DNA from: a virus
Reading direction: 5' to 3' (one strand)
Length of the DNA stretch: 34,715 bases
Virus record (IMG/VR): IMGVR_UViG_3300021952_000003
Part shown: positions 13,073-20,887 of the stretch, in pieces
Layout of the letters: each line of letters starts with the position of its first letter
How positions within the stretch are numbered: position 1 is the first letter of the stretch
Made by a program: the position numbers and the translations under genes
The notes under the pieces: model-generated
What the model was told of the DNA's origin: nothing
The model's database searches: none
Seen by the model: the letters and a program-made list of their open reading frames with translations, nothing else

Positions 13073-13461
13073 ACGAACAACAATCAGCAATGCTGGACTA
13101 TCTAGCGCGTGAAGCAATGAAGTCTTTGCTTGCTTCTCCTGTGCCGCTTCCCATTTGGCAAGTTCCAAAAAAATCGTATGAAATTGCGGCATCCATGTTG
13201 GAAGAACGAAAACAAATGCTTGAACATTTTGCTAAAAAAGAAGAATGCAAAACATTGTTGTATGACTGGATGATTAAAGATGGGTTGCTGACAATTAGAT
13301 CGTTGAATTGTTTGCGTGCTGAAGGAATTGAATACGCTGAAGAACTTGCAAAATGCACAGAACGACAACTTCTTAAATTCCCAAATCTTGGTCGCAAATC
13401 AATCAATGAAATTAAAGAAGCCATGCGGGTAAAAGGCTTTAGTCTGAAGGAGCCAACATGA
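13069..13461 (+). CDS. RNA polymerase alpha C-terminal-domain-like protein with a novel N-terminal region (130 aa)
   Basis: Residues 73-127 (LLTIRSLNCLRAEGIEYAEELAKCTERQLLKFPNLGRKSINEIKEAMRVKGFSL) align gap-free with E. coli RpoA ~260-314 (from memory). The gene is AT-rich. Confidence 0.8.
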   Translation: MNEQQSAMLDYLAREAMKSLLASPVPLPIWQVPKKSYEIAASMLEERKQMLEHFAKKEECKTLLYDWMIKDGLLTIRSLNCLRAEGIEYAEELAKCTERQLLKFPNLGRKSINEIKEAMRVKGFSLKEPT

Positions 13462-13595
13462 ATGACGAAATTGAAGAATTGAAAGCATTGGTTTGGTGGG
13501 AAAAGAAACGCCTTTATCGTTTAATTGGTGCTCCTGATTGCCGCGACCCAGACCATCCTGGTTGCGAAAGATGTAATGAGGAGGATGACGAATGA
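13458..13595 (+). CDS. Small Cys-containing acidic-tailed protein (45 aa, MNDEIEELKALVWWEKKRLYRLIGAPDCRDPDHPGCERCNEEDDE)
   Basis: Hand-translated. It has ATGA overlaps at both ends, and GAAGGAG lies 6 nt upstream. Confidence 0.4.
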   Translation: MNDEIEELKALVWWEKKRLYRLIGAPDCRDPDHPGCERCNEEDDE

Positions 13596-14185
13596 GCATA
13601 GAAGCAATGAAACAGGCGCTGGAGGCGTTGGAAATATTAGCCCGTTACGAAAATCCTGAAACCAGGATTCAAGTCAGAAAGCCTAAAGACGGTGGCCCAA
13701 TAGTGACCATGTATCCCCATAAAGTTGCGTCAGATGCGGCTCAATCCCTACGCCAAGCCATAGAGCAGGCTGAGAAGCAAAAGCCGTTTGGGTATTTTCA
13801 ATACTCCATGCACATTGATGCGTGGGTTCAAAACCGCGACAGTAACAAAGGCGTTGCCTTCTACACCACCCCACAATCACAGCAGGCTGAAAAGCGGGAG
13901 CCGGTGGCGCATCAAGATTGGTGTATCGGTGGGGATAAAGGGCCGTGTAATTGCCAGCCACAACCACAGCGTGAATGGGTTGATGTTGAATGCCCGTTGT
14001 GCGGAGAGATGGCAGTTGCACACACGCACCCTGTGTTGAACAAACGTAAATGGGTTGGGTTGACGGATGAGGAGATTGCTTTGGTGTGCGCTGAATGCGC
14101 GGCATCTGCCCACAATTGGAATGACATTAGTTTTGCCCGCGCCATCGAAGCCAAGCTGCGCGAGAAGAACGGGGGTGCGGCATGA
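13592..14185 (+). CDS. Hypothetical protein with Cys/His clusters (197 aa)
   Basis: GAGGAGG lies 7 nt upstream. It has an MSIEAMKQALEALE-type N-terminus, the cluster CNC...ECPLCGEMAVAHTH, and a C-terminal LTDEEI...FARAIEAKLREKN segment common in lambdoid nin-region proteins. Confidence 0.7.
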   Translation: MSIEAMKQALEALEILARYENPETRIQVRKPKDGGPIVTMYPHKVASDAAQSLRQAIEQAEKQKPFGYFQYSMHIDAWVQNRDSNKGVAFYTTPQSQQAEKREPVAHQDWCIGGDKGPCNCQPQPQREWVDVECPLCGEMAVAHTHPVLNKRKWVGLTDEEIALVCAECAASAHNWNDISFARAIEAKLREKNGGAA

Positions 14186-14511
14186 CTCCCGAAAAAGCCG
14201 CAGAATCCATCCGAGAGAAAGCGCCTAGGTTTGGTCAAGCAAAGGGGCGTAGGACGTACCTAGAGGAGTACAGGCGCGTTCAGAAAGCCATTTTGATGAA
14301 GGATGCGCTTACCAAAGGCATCGAGGCAGCAAACGCCCAGGAGCGTGAAGCCTTGTGCGACCCTGAATACAAAAAGTTATTGGATGAAATCAAGGAGGCT
14401 GTTGAGGTTGAGGAAACGCTTAAATGGGAACTAGAAAGCCACCGGCTAGACATTGAGATTTGGCGCACCCGTCAAGCAAGCGCAAGGCTACAGATAAAGT
14501 CCCACGAATGA
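14182..14511 (+). CDS. Hypothetical coiled-coil protein (109 aa)
   Basis: The ORF has ATGA overlaps to both neighbours. Confidence 0.65.
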   Translation: MTPEKAAESIREKAPRFGQAKGRRTYLEEYRRVQKAILMKDALTKGIEAANAQEREALCDPEYKKLLDEIKEAVEVEETLKWELESHRLDIEIWRTRQASARLQIKSHE

Positions 14512-14867
14512 AATTCCCCAAAACCCAATACGTCAGGAGCAAGAAACTCCTTAAATTGGTGGCAAGTCTGGATTGCCAATGGTGCGGGTCAGGCCAGCAA
14601 GTCCAGGCGGCACACAGCAATTGGGGTGGTGGGAAGGGGCGGGGCATAAAGGCAAGCGACAACGAAATAGCCGCGCTTTGCTTCTGGTGTCACTACCAAA
14701 TTGACCAGGGTAAAGAGTTGTCCAAAGAGGAGCGAAAAAACAGGTGGGAACAGGCCCACCTAAAAACTCTCCAGAGTTTGGCAACTGCCGGGTTGTGGCC
14801 CGAGGAGATTCCGTTTACGGATCAATACTTACGCATATTGGGCAACGGGGCTGCTGCTTGCGATTGA
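14508..14867 (+). CDS. YbcO/DUF1364-like Cys/His protein, putative nuclease (119 aa)
   Basis: I used the internal ATG at 14508, which has an ATGA overlap. LDCQWCGSGQQVQAAHSNWGGGKGRGIKASDNEIAALCFWCHYQID follows the C..C...AH...G.K..D...A.C..CH..ID pattern of E. coli YbcO as I recall it. Confidence 0.65.
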   Translation: MKFPKTQYVRSKKLLKLVASLDCQWCGSGQQVQAAHSNWGGGKGRGIKASDNEIAALCFWCHYQIDQGKELSKEERKNRWEQAHLKTLQSLATAGLWPEEIPFTDQYLRILGNGAAACD

Positions 14868-15046
14868 GCCTCGTGCGAACGGTGCATGGGGTGAGCGTGC
14901 GCCATGTCAGTTTTTTCGTGCTCTTTCAGTTCTTTTTCCAGAGCAGCAATTTTACGGGCTTCCTTGCGATAATCGCGCTCAATTACATACTCTTTGGGCT
15001 CGTCATTACGGGCCTTGGCGCGTGCAATAGTCATTTTGGTTGCCAT
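14822..15046 (-). CDS. Last leftward ORF, charged His-rich protein (74 aa)
   Basis: AAGGAG lies 5 nt upstream, inside the end of the endolysin gene. It has no TM segment or lipobox. Its 3' end overlaps the convergent YbcO-like gene by 46 nt. Confidence 0.5.
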   Translation of the reverse strand: MATKMTIARAKARNDEPKEYVIERDYRKEARKIAALEKELKEHEKTDMAHAHPMHRSHEAQSQAAAPLPNMRKY

Positions 15047-15048
15047 GA

Positions 15049-15480
15049 TTACTCCTTGTAAATACGGGTTCCGGTTTTGTCAATGATAAGGGCTTGTCGG
15101 CGTGGAGTGTCAGTAATTGTGTTGGGAACAGAAATATGTGTCCAACGGTCAAATTCCCGAATGATTTGGTCGTAAGCAATCCCAGAGGCAATTACAGCCT
15201 TGACCACCTCATCTGGGGTCATGCCGGGAACCCGAATGTCAGCAGCGCAGCCGATACGATGCTGAGAAGTATCTTTAGACCCCACAGCATCATTGACTTG
15301 CTTACAGCGGAATGCTGAATTGACCATGATGGGTTTTCCATCAAGTACGGTTTTGACCTGCTCAAGAAACTCTGCCAGCCGTTTAAGGTTATTTTTCTCT
15401 GCGTCATTAGGGGTGTTGTCAAACTCACGGTGATCCGTATGCGTCAGTTCTTCTAGGGTGAAATGAGGAGAAAGGTTCAC
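15049..15480 (-). CDS. Endolysin, peptidase M15 (D-Ala-D-Ala carboxypeptidase-like) family (143 aa)
   Basis: FTLEELTHTD...VNSAFRC...SQHRIGCAADI (H-x6-D)...WTHISV matches the zinc-ligand pattern of M15A-type phage endolysins. Confidence 0.85.
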   Translation of the reverse strand: MNLSPHFTLEELTHTDHREFDNTPNDAEKNNLKRLAEFLEQVKTVLDGKPIMVNSAFRCKQVNDAVGSKDTSQHRIGCAADIRVPGMTPDEVVKAVIASGIAYDQIIREFDRWTHISVPNTITDTPRRQALIIDKTGTRIYKE

Positions 15481-15884
15481 TTTTTGCCCTTCATATCAAT
15501 GATTTTCTCAAGCGTGCGCCCACCAAAGTAAAACGACATGATGAGCATCCCCCATTGTCCCAGAAGCTGGACATAGGATTCATTGGTATCCATCCCAAAA
15601 GCAGACATCAGGGCAAAAGTGAAATACCCCGCCAGAATCGCTATAAGGGTCATAGGACGGATATTTTTGGACAGCCAAGAGTCACTGCCCATGTCGGCTT
15701 TGAGGCGTTCTGTGAGGTTGTTTTGCTCAATCTCAAATAGCTTAGAGTCGTTTGCCATCCGAGCCAACTCACCATCCTGGGCTAGTTTGGCAAGTTCTAA
15801 TTGCGCTTTTGCTTTTGCTTCTGGGTCAGGAATTAGCTTGTCAATTAACTTGCCACCAACGTTTAGCAAAGCATCTAACATCAT
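15477..15884 (-). CDS. Holin, 3-TM GTA-type (DUF3154-like) (135 aa)
   Basis: The N-terminus LLNVGGKLIDKLIPDPEAKAKAQLELAKL plus C-terminal hydrophobic segments match the pattern I recall for the 'holin of 3TMs for gene-transfer release' family. It lies directly upstream of the endolysin. Confidence 0.65.
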   Translation of the reverse strand: MMLDALLNVGGKLIDKLIPDPEAKAKAQLELAKLAQDGELARMANDSKLFEIEQNNLTERLKADMGSDSWLSKNIRPMTLIAILAGYFTFALMSAFGMDTNESYVQLLGQWGMLIMSFYFGGRTLEKIIDMKGKK

Positions 15885-16150
15885 TTTTTCCCCATCTTTT
15901 CACGTTCTTCAAGCAACTGAACTTTGACTTGTAGCTGGTGAATGTCTCGGTAGATTTCTTCCTTTAGCGAATGACGCCTTTCAGCAGAGATAGGGCTATC
16001 TGTTGGCACACCTTCTTTGGTAATCAAAGCAGGCATACTTCCCTCGATCTTGGTTAACCGCAAGGAAAAGTCAGATACCTGGCCTAAAAGCCAGGCAAGA
16101 GAAGCCACAATGACCGGGATAACTGCTTTTAGAACATCTGACCAATTCAT
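15881..16150 (-). CDS. Single-pass membrane protein with a coiled-coil C-terminus (89 aa); i-spanin or antiholin candidate
   Basis: It has an N-terminal TM (VLKAVIPVIVASLAWLLG) followed by a charged helical tail, and 4-nt overlaps on both sides. Confidence 0.6.
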   Translation of the reverse strand: MNWSDVLKAVIPVIVASLAWLLGQVSDFSLRLTKIEGSMPALITKEGVPTDSPISAERRHSLKEEIYRDIHQLQVKVQLLEEREKMGKK

Positions 16151-16302
16151 TTCTCTGCCTTTTTGTTGATAAGTTCAAACAGGGTTTTGACCTTCTCCTC
16201 CAAAACAGCAACACGCAAATCAAGTTTTGATAGAACAATGATGAGCGTAATGATTGCCAGCAACATAGGCCAGCCTTTGGCAAGAATGTCAAATAAGTCC
16301 AT
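16147..16302 (-). CDS. Single-pass membrane protein (51 aa, MDLFDILAKGWPMLLAIITLIIVLSKLDLRVAVLEEKVKTLFELINKKAEK)
   Basis: Hand-translated and below the track cutoff. It overlaps both neighbours (TGATG, ATGA). It has the same TM + helix architecture as its two flanking genes. Confidence 0.45.
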   Translation of the reverse strand: MDLFDILAKGWPMLLAIITLIIVLSKLDLRVAVLEEKVKTLFELINKKAEK

Positions 16303-16523
16303 CACTTATCTGCCTTGTGGTCTAGCTTGGCAAAGATTTGTTTACAGATGTCTTTTAACTCATCTATGTCCCGATGGTAATCTTCCTTGGTGACATAAAC
16401 ATGAGGCATGGCACGAACATCCGTGTCTAGCCGTTCAATAGCCTTGGTGATACTGTTGAGCATCCACCCGCCAAAGAAAGCCGCAATCCCAACAATAATA
16501 TTGAAGATGTATTGCGTTTCCAT
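16302..16523 (-). CDS. Single-pass membrane protein (73 aa)
   Basis: It has an N-terminal TM (IFNIIVGIAAFFGGWMLNSI) followed by a charged tail. It is the first gene of the lysis cluster. Confidence 0.6.
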   Translation of the reverse strand: METQYIFNIIVGIAAFFGGWMLNSITKAIERLDTDVRAMPHVYVTKEDYHRDIDELKDICKQIFAKLDHKADK

Positions 16524-16524
16524 T

Positions 16525-17067
16525 TTAGGTTTTCATTATGTAGGCGAGGGAATAGTACAAAGGCAGGTTCGTACCGCCAGAACCAGCCACAGAGGACGTA
16601 AATCCACCCGTATTGCCAACAGCATAAGTATTACCCGCCCCAACCACAAACCGATCACGCAGATCAGGAGTGCCGTTGCTGCCGTTACAGATCACATAAC
16701 CCGCCGGGATTGAGCCGATAGACCCAGACCACATGATGATTGCCCCTGACGGAACAGTCGTGCCGGCGGCAGAGTTTGACGGGATTGGGTAAATGTTGTC
16801 CAGCGTCTGGATGGTTACAAACGTAGAAGTCTGAAGCACAAACTTATACGAATACCCAGACGTTAACCATATCTCCTGGGGAGGTCGTCCATCCGTCCCC
16901 AGAATGATTGGGTTGGTGTTGGCAATAGTTCCAGATGAGTCCGTGTAGGTGGTAATCGGAGTCGTAGAACCGGCTTGGTAGGTGTATAACAAACCACCCG
17001 CCAAAGGTAGTCCAGTAGTGGTGAAGAATTGGAATCCGTTACCAATTGGGGAAAGGAGGTATGCCAT
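16525..17067 (-). CDS. Short tail fiber with a phage tail-collar domain (180 aa)
   Basis: GAIIMWSGSIGSIPAGYVICNGSNGTPDLRDRFVVGAG is the tail-collar signature. The N-terminus LAGGLLYTYQAGSTTPITTYTD...NPIILGTDGR is typical of fiber or spike anchor domains. Confidence 0.8.
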   Translation of the reverse strand: MAYLLSPIGNGFQFFTTTGLPLAGGLLYTYQAGSTTPITTYTDSSGTIANTNPIILGTDGRPPQEIWLTSGYSYKFVLQTSTFVTIQTLDNIYPIPSNSAAGTTVPSGAIIMWSGSIGSIPAGYVICNGSNGTPDLRDRFVVGAGNTYAVGNTGGFTSSVAGSGGTNLPLYYSLAYIMKT

Positions 17068-17069
17068 TG

Positions 17070-19481
17070 TTAGTCCTTGTTAGCCATTCCGCGCAGATCA
17101 ATTCTCACGGGGTTTGGGGTTGCGTTCAAATCTTTGGTTAGGCCACCATAAGGATTTACGGCTTCCCGAGCAAATCCTTCTTTGTTCATCTTCTGCATCC
17201 ACTGTTTTCCAGCAGAAACGGGGATTAAAGATGCGCCACTTGTTGCCGCAGCTAATTTTGCTTCAGCCGCACTCAAAAGACCTTGTTTAGCCATTTCAGC
17301 AAGTTGAGAACTAAAGGTGTTTGAATAGTTAAACGTGCCCGATTTCGGCATTCCAACCTTGCTAGAAAGCGCAGCAATCTCCATCAGGTCTTGCATAGCC
17401 TGTGGCCCTAACGCCTCCTGCAAGCGCCCCTTGTTGTCAACAATGTAGTTGGCCAGGGTCTTAGGATTGAGGTCTGGAATGTCCGTAGCAAGGCCAGCCT
17501 TACGCATTGCCTGGCGCAATTCACCAGCAATCATTGCTTGCATTGCCACCGGATCATCAGCAATCTCAGCCTTCATTCTGCGGATTGCTTCAGGCGTTGC
17601 CTTTGTGACAAACTTGTCGTGGAACTTTTCTGCATTCAGGCTTTCACCCTGGGCGGCAACATCATCAAGACTTCCCGCCTCTTTGACAGCCGCGCGGTAT
17701 GCAGGGTTAGCCTTTAATATTTCTTGGCGCTCACGGTTCAATGCCCTAGCGTTGTCAGCCAATGCCTTGAGTTGCATAGCCTGGGGACTACCACCTTGTT
17801 CGCCAAAGATGGGGAGTTTTTCTAACTGGTCACGCACAATGTAAGCAGCCGCCCGAGCGTTGCCGTTTGCACTAGACCGCATCTCATTGGCTAGGTTGGT
17901 ACGCAGTGCCTCATACGCCTCAAACGTGGGATTAGCGTAAAAGTCTTTTAGGTCGCCAGCAATAGATGCAGACAGGTGATTGGTCTTGAGATTCTTAGTC
18001 AACTCTGATTTGATGCTGGAATCTAGCGTTTGCACATCAATCGGGAACTGACCGCCATTGGCATCTTGTAATGCTTTATAGGCATTAGAGATTGCGTCTG
18101 TGCGAACTTTATCTTTAGCTGCCAAAGCGTTGATCTGAGCCTGTCCGATTGCGCTTGGATCAGTCTCAAAAATCTCAGGAGCATTCTTGCGGATCGTGTT
18201 CTCAAATGCCGCTTTGAATTGTTTGGGTTGCTCGTTAAAGTGTTCGCCAAGCGTAGACGTTTCTCCACGCTTGTTCCACTCTTGAGAGTACAGGCTTGTG
18301 TCGCCAGTACGCTGACCACGCGACAAATTGATGCCGTGTTTTTCTTCAAGTGATCGAGTCTCAAGCGCAGGAAGATCAACGGCTCTTGGATTGAGCGTTT
18401 TGACATGGGCTTGCAACTCGGGAGAAGCCTGAGAAACAGCGGCCTCTATGTTGCCTCTAAGCACGTTTTCAGGCATAGCAGCAGCAGAACCCATGCTAGT
18501 CATGCCTGGGGCAGCACCGGGTTGCGCTCCCGCTTGTGCTTGACGTTGTGCAAATTGATTTTCTAATTGAGAGCGAACATTTCGCATCTCTTTAATTTGA
18601 CCTGGAATTTTTGCAAGAGTAGGACTGGCGGCAACCAATGCCGTACCCATCATGTTCTCAACGTCAGAAACAGGAATGCCAAGTTTTTCAGAAATCCATG
18701 CCGCACCTTTACTAGCATTCTGCCCAACAAATTCCATAATTTGTCGTGATGCTTCTCCTTTGTAAGCAGGGCTTTCAGTAATGCCCAAAGCCTTACCAAA
18801 CGGGCTTTCAGTTGCGCTGACAACCTTTTGTTGCAATGCAGCAGCTTCCTCTGGGCTTTTCTGCATAGCCCGAGCGCCAGCATAAGTTAGAGGGCCAGCA
18901 ACGCCGGGGATGATTCCCCCAATCGTTACGTCTGCCAAACTAGCCAACCCTTGACCAAGTTGACCAAGCGTAGAAGGCTGTTCAGGTGCGCGTTGAATGG
19001 TTGGTTTCTTAGCAGACGGAAAGCCCACGAAAGGCTTGCTTAAATCTTCTGCCTTAACACCTTGCTGTTCTTCTGTTGGAGGTGCGCCAGAAAAGAAAGA
19101 GGACAAACTTCCACTCGTTTGCTCACCAGGCATGGCCACCGCATGAACTGGATCACGTTTGCCCAACGGACGATGGATGCCAAACTGATTCAGGAATGAT
19201 TCAGGAACAGATGCCGGTATGTCTGCCGCAGATTCATGAAACGTCTGTTTGCCAGGAAAGTCAGCAGGGTTAAGGGGCATATAAACACCCGGTTTGCCTT
19301 GCTTAAAAGCGTCATACAGGCGCTGTTGCTCATCTCGGGTGCGAGCCTGACTTGTGATGGGCAAATCCTTGCCAAACTGTTCTTTGTAAGCAGTTTTAGC
19401 CTTTTCAAGTCGAGAACCAAAGTCGCTGGTCGGTTCTTTCTCTGTAGATGCGCCAACAAAGAAGTCAGAAAGAGCGCCCAT
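17070..19481 (-). CDS. Large internal virion/ejection-type protein (803 aa), possibly with an N-terminal cell-wall peptidase-like motif
   Basis: Its size, A/Q/G-rich helical composition and position in a run of three large genes match P22 gp7/gp20/gp16-type ejection proteins. The N-terminal ITSQARTRDEQQRLYD...FHESAADI...DPVHAV weakly resembles M15 peptidase motifs. Confidence 0.7.
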   Translation of the reverse strand: MGALSDFFVGASTEKEPTSDFGSRLEKAKTAYKEQFGKDLPITSQARTRDEQQRLYDAFKQGKPGVYMPLNPADFPGKQTFHESAADIPASVPESFLNQFGIHRPLGKRDPVHAVAMPGEQTSGSLSSFFSGAPPTEEQQGVKAEDLSKPFVGFPSAKKPTIQRAPEQPSTLGQLGQGLASLADVTIGGIIPGVAGPLTYAGARAMQKSPEEAAALQQKVVSATESPFGKALGITESPAYKGEASRQIMEFVGQNASKGAAWISEKLGIPVSDVENMMGTALVAASPTLAKIPGQIKEMRNVRSQLENQFAQRQAQAGAQPGAAPGMTSMGSAAAMPENVLRGNIEAAVSQASPELQAHVKTLNPRAVDLPALETRSLEEKHGINLSRGQRTGDTSLYSQEWNKRGETSTLGEHFNEQPKQFKAAFENTIRKNAPEIFETDPSAIGQAQINALAAKDKVRTDAISNAYKALQDANGGQFPIDVQTLDSSIKSELTKNLKTNHLSASIAGDLKDFYANPTFEAYEALRTNLANEMRSSANGNARAAAYIVRDQLEKLPIFGEQGGSPQAMQLKALADNARALNRERQEILKANPAYRAAVKEAGSLDDVAAQGESLNAEKFHDKFVTKATPEAIRRMKAEIADDPVAMQAMIAGELRQAMRKAGLATDIPDLNPKTLANYIVDNKGRLQEALGPQAMQDLMEIAALSSKVGMPKSGTFNYSNTFSSQLAEMAKQGLLSAAEAKLAAATSGASLIPVSAGKQWMQKMNKEGFAREAVNPYGGLTKDLNATPNPVRIDLRGMANKD

Positions 19482-20887
19482 TATTTGATCCCGCCTTTCA
19501 TTAGATTTTCAATGTTGCTGGCTTTTTCCTGCAACTCTTTCATCTCTTTTTGGCTCATACCAGACAACAACTGAATCCGAGCCCTTTTTTTCTCATCTTC
19601 GCTCATGTTGGAGTCTTGGATGTTCTTCGCCAAGAAGATACGAACATCGTAGTTATCAGCCCATGCCTGTTGGAACTTGTTGGCGTGAATTGTGCCGTTT
19701 AAAGGGCCGCGATTGTCAACGTATTTCTTAAGTCCTGACCGGAACTCATCCACCGCCGTGTTCATGGCATCAGAACGATCAATCACAGACTTCAACGCTT
19801 TGGGCGTAATGTCGGCAGAACCAGACGCTAAATCGCTAGTCTCACGCGCCATGTTGGTTGGCACACCCATCGCATTAGCCATGCGGAGTTGCTGATCTGC
19901 CAAGTTCTTCATCAGCATTTCAGTCTCAGAATCACCAAACAGCCACTTGCCAGCCTTACGCAATGCCTGACCAGGCGCAGAGCCAGCAGCCTTGTTGATG
20001 TACTCGTTGATCTTACGGATGGACTGTTTGCTCTCTTGTGCGTTTTGACCCGCCTGAACGCTTTGGTCAATCAGCTTCACACCTGAGTTATAACGGTCAG
20101 TCTGTTGAGCAGTCAACTGGGCAATGTTCCCTGCGGTGACAGGCATATCTTCCATCACCAATGACTTTCCAGGACTACGCGCATCCTGCGTCAATGCAGG
20201 AGTTTGACCGGCTTGGCCTCCAGGAGCACCAGCGTCACCCAATCTCTCAAGCTGTCGAGTAGACGGATTGATGTGATATTTGACGCCGTTAAGTTCAATC
20301 GTGCCGCCAGTTTGCAAGGTTTGCTGACCAGCAGGGCCAATACCAAACTGAATGGCGTTCTTGAACGCTTGCGGGATGCCTTGCGGGTCTTTAATGCTTT
20401 TCTGAATCAGACGTTCAAAAACATTACTAACCTTTCTTTCGGCTTGGGGAACATCAGCAAATAGTCCAGCCGCCTCATTCTTCATCTCAAGCAACTTTGC
20501 GCTAACCTTTTTGCTGTCACCGCTGTTGATTGCCGGGTCGTTTGCATATCCGCCAATCAAGTCATATAGCTTGGCATTTTGAGCCATGTCCAAACTAAAT
20601 CTGGCTTGCTCTGCTTCCGTTGTGGCTTTTTGCACAGCCAGCGGATTCATTGCGGCGGCTTGAGCAAGTTCTTGTTGCTTTTGTTGCAACAACAATGGAT
20701 TCATTGCTTCGGCTTGTTGAACAGATAGTTTAGCTTGCTGAATCTGCAAAGGGTTGTACTCTGCCGCTTGCTGGTAAGACTGCATACCGCGAGCAAGGTT
20801 AAGCATATCCGAAAGTCCCGTCATGGGACTTTGGGTCTGCATGGGCTGAACCGTTAGGTTTGTATTAAAGGGAGCAGTTGCCATCAT
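19481..20887 (-). CDS. Internal virion/ejection-type protein (468 aa)
   Basis: It is Q/A-rich with three NPL-x-xQ(Q/K) repeats near the N-terminus. It has start/stop overlaps with both large neighbours. Confidence 0.65.
   Translation of the reverse strand: MMATAPFNTNLTVQPMQTQSPMTGLSDMLNLARGMQSYQQAAEYNPLQIQQAKLSVQQAEAMNPLLLQQKQQELAQAAAMNPLAVQKATTEAEQARFSLDMAQNAKLYDLIGGYANDPAINSGDSKKVSAKLLEMKNEAAGLFADVPQAERKVSNVFERLIQKSIKDPQGIPQAFKNAIQFGIGPAGQQTLQTGGTIELNGVKYHINPSTRQLERLGDAGAPGGQAGQTPALTQDARSPGKSLVMEDMPVTAGNIAQLTAQQTDRYNSGVKLIDQSVQAGQNAQESKQSIRKINEYINKAAGSAPGQALRKAGKWLFGDSETEMLMKNLADQQLRMANAMGVPTNMARETSDLASGSADITPKALKSVIDRSDAMNTAVDEFRSGLKKYVDNRGPLNGTIHANKFQQAWADNYDVRIFLAKNIQDSNMSEDEKKRARIQLLSGMSQKEMKELQEKASNIENLMKGGIK

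Noticed and set aside
14886-14920. A weak stem (CATGG...CCATG) plus a T6 run, considered as the rightward-operon terminator
   Set aside because: The stem is only 5 bp with a 12-nt loop, and it lies inside the convergent 74-aa ORF. It is not convincing without experimental 3'-end data.
16071-16292. A 73-aa minus-strand ORF with KAGLCC, considered as an embedded o-spanin lipoprotein
   Set aside because: AGLC does not fit the lipobox ([LVI][ASTVI][GAS]C). The ORF straddles two separate genes rather than nesting in one, is Cys/Arg-rich and lacks an RBS.
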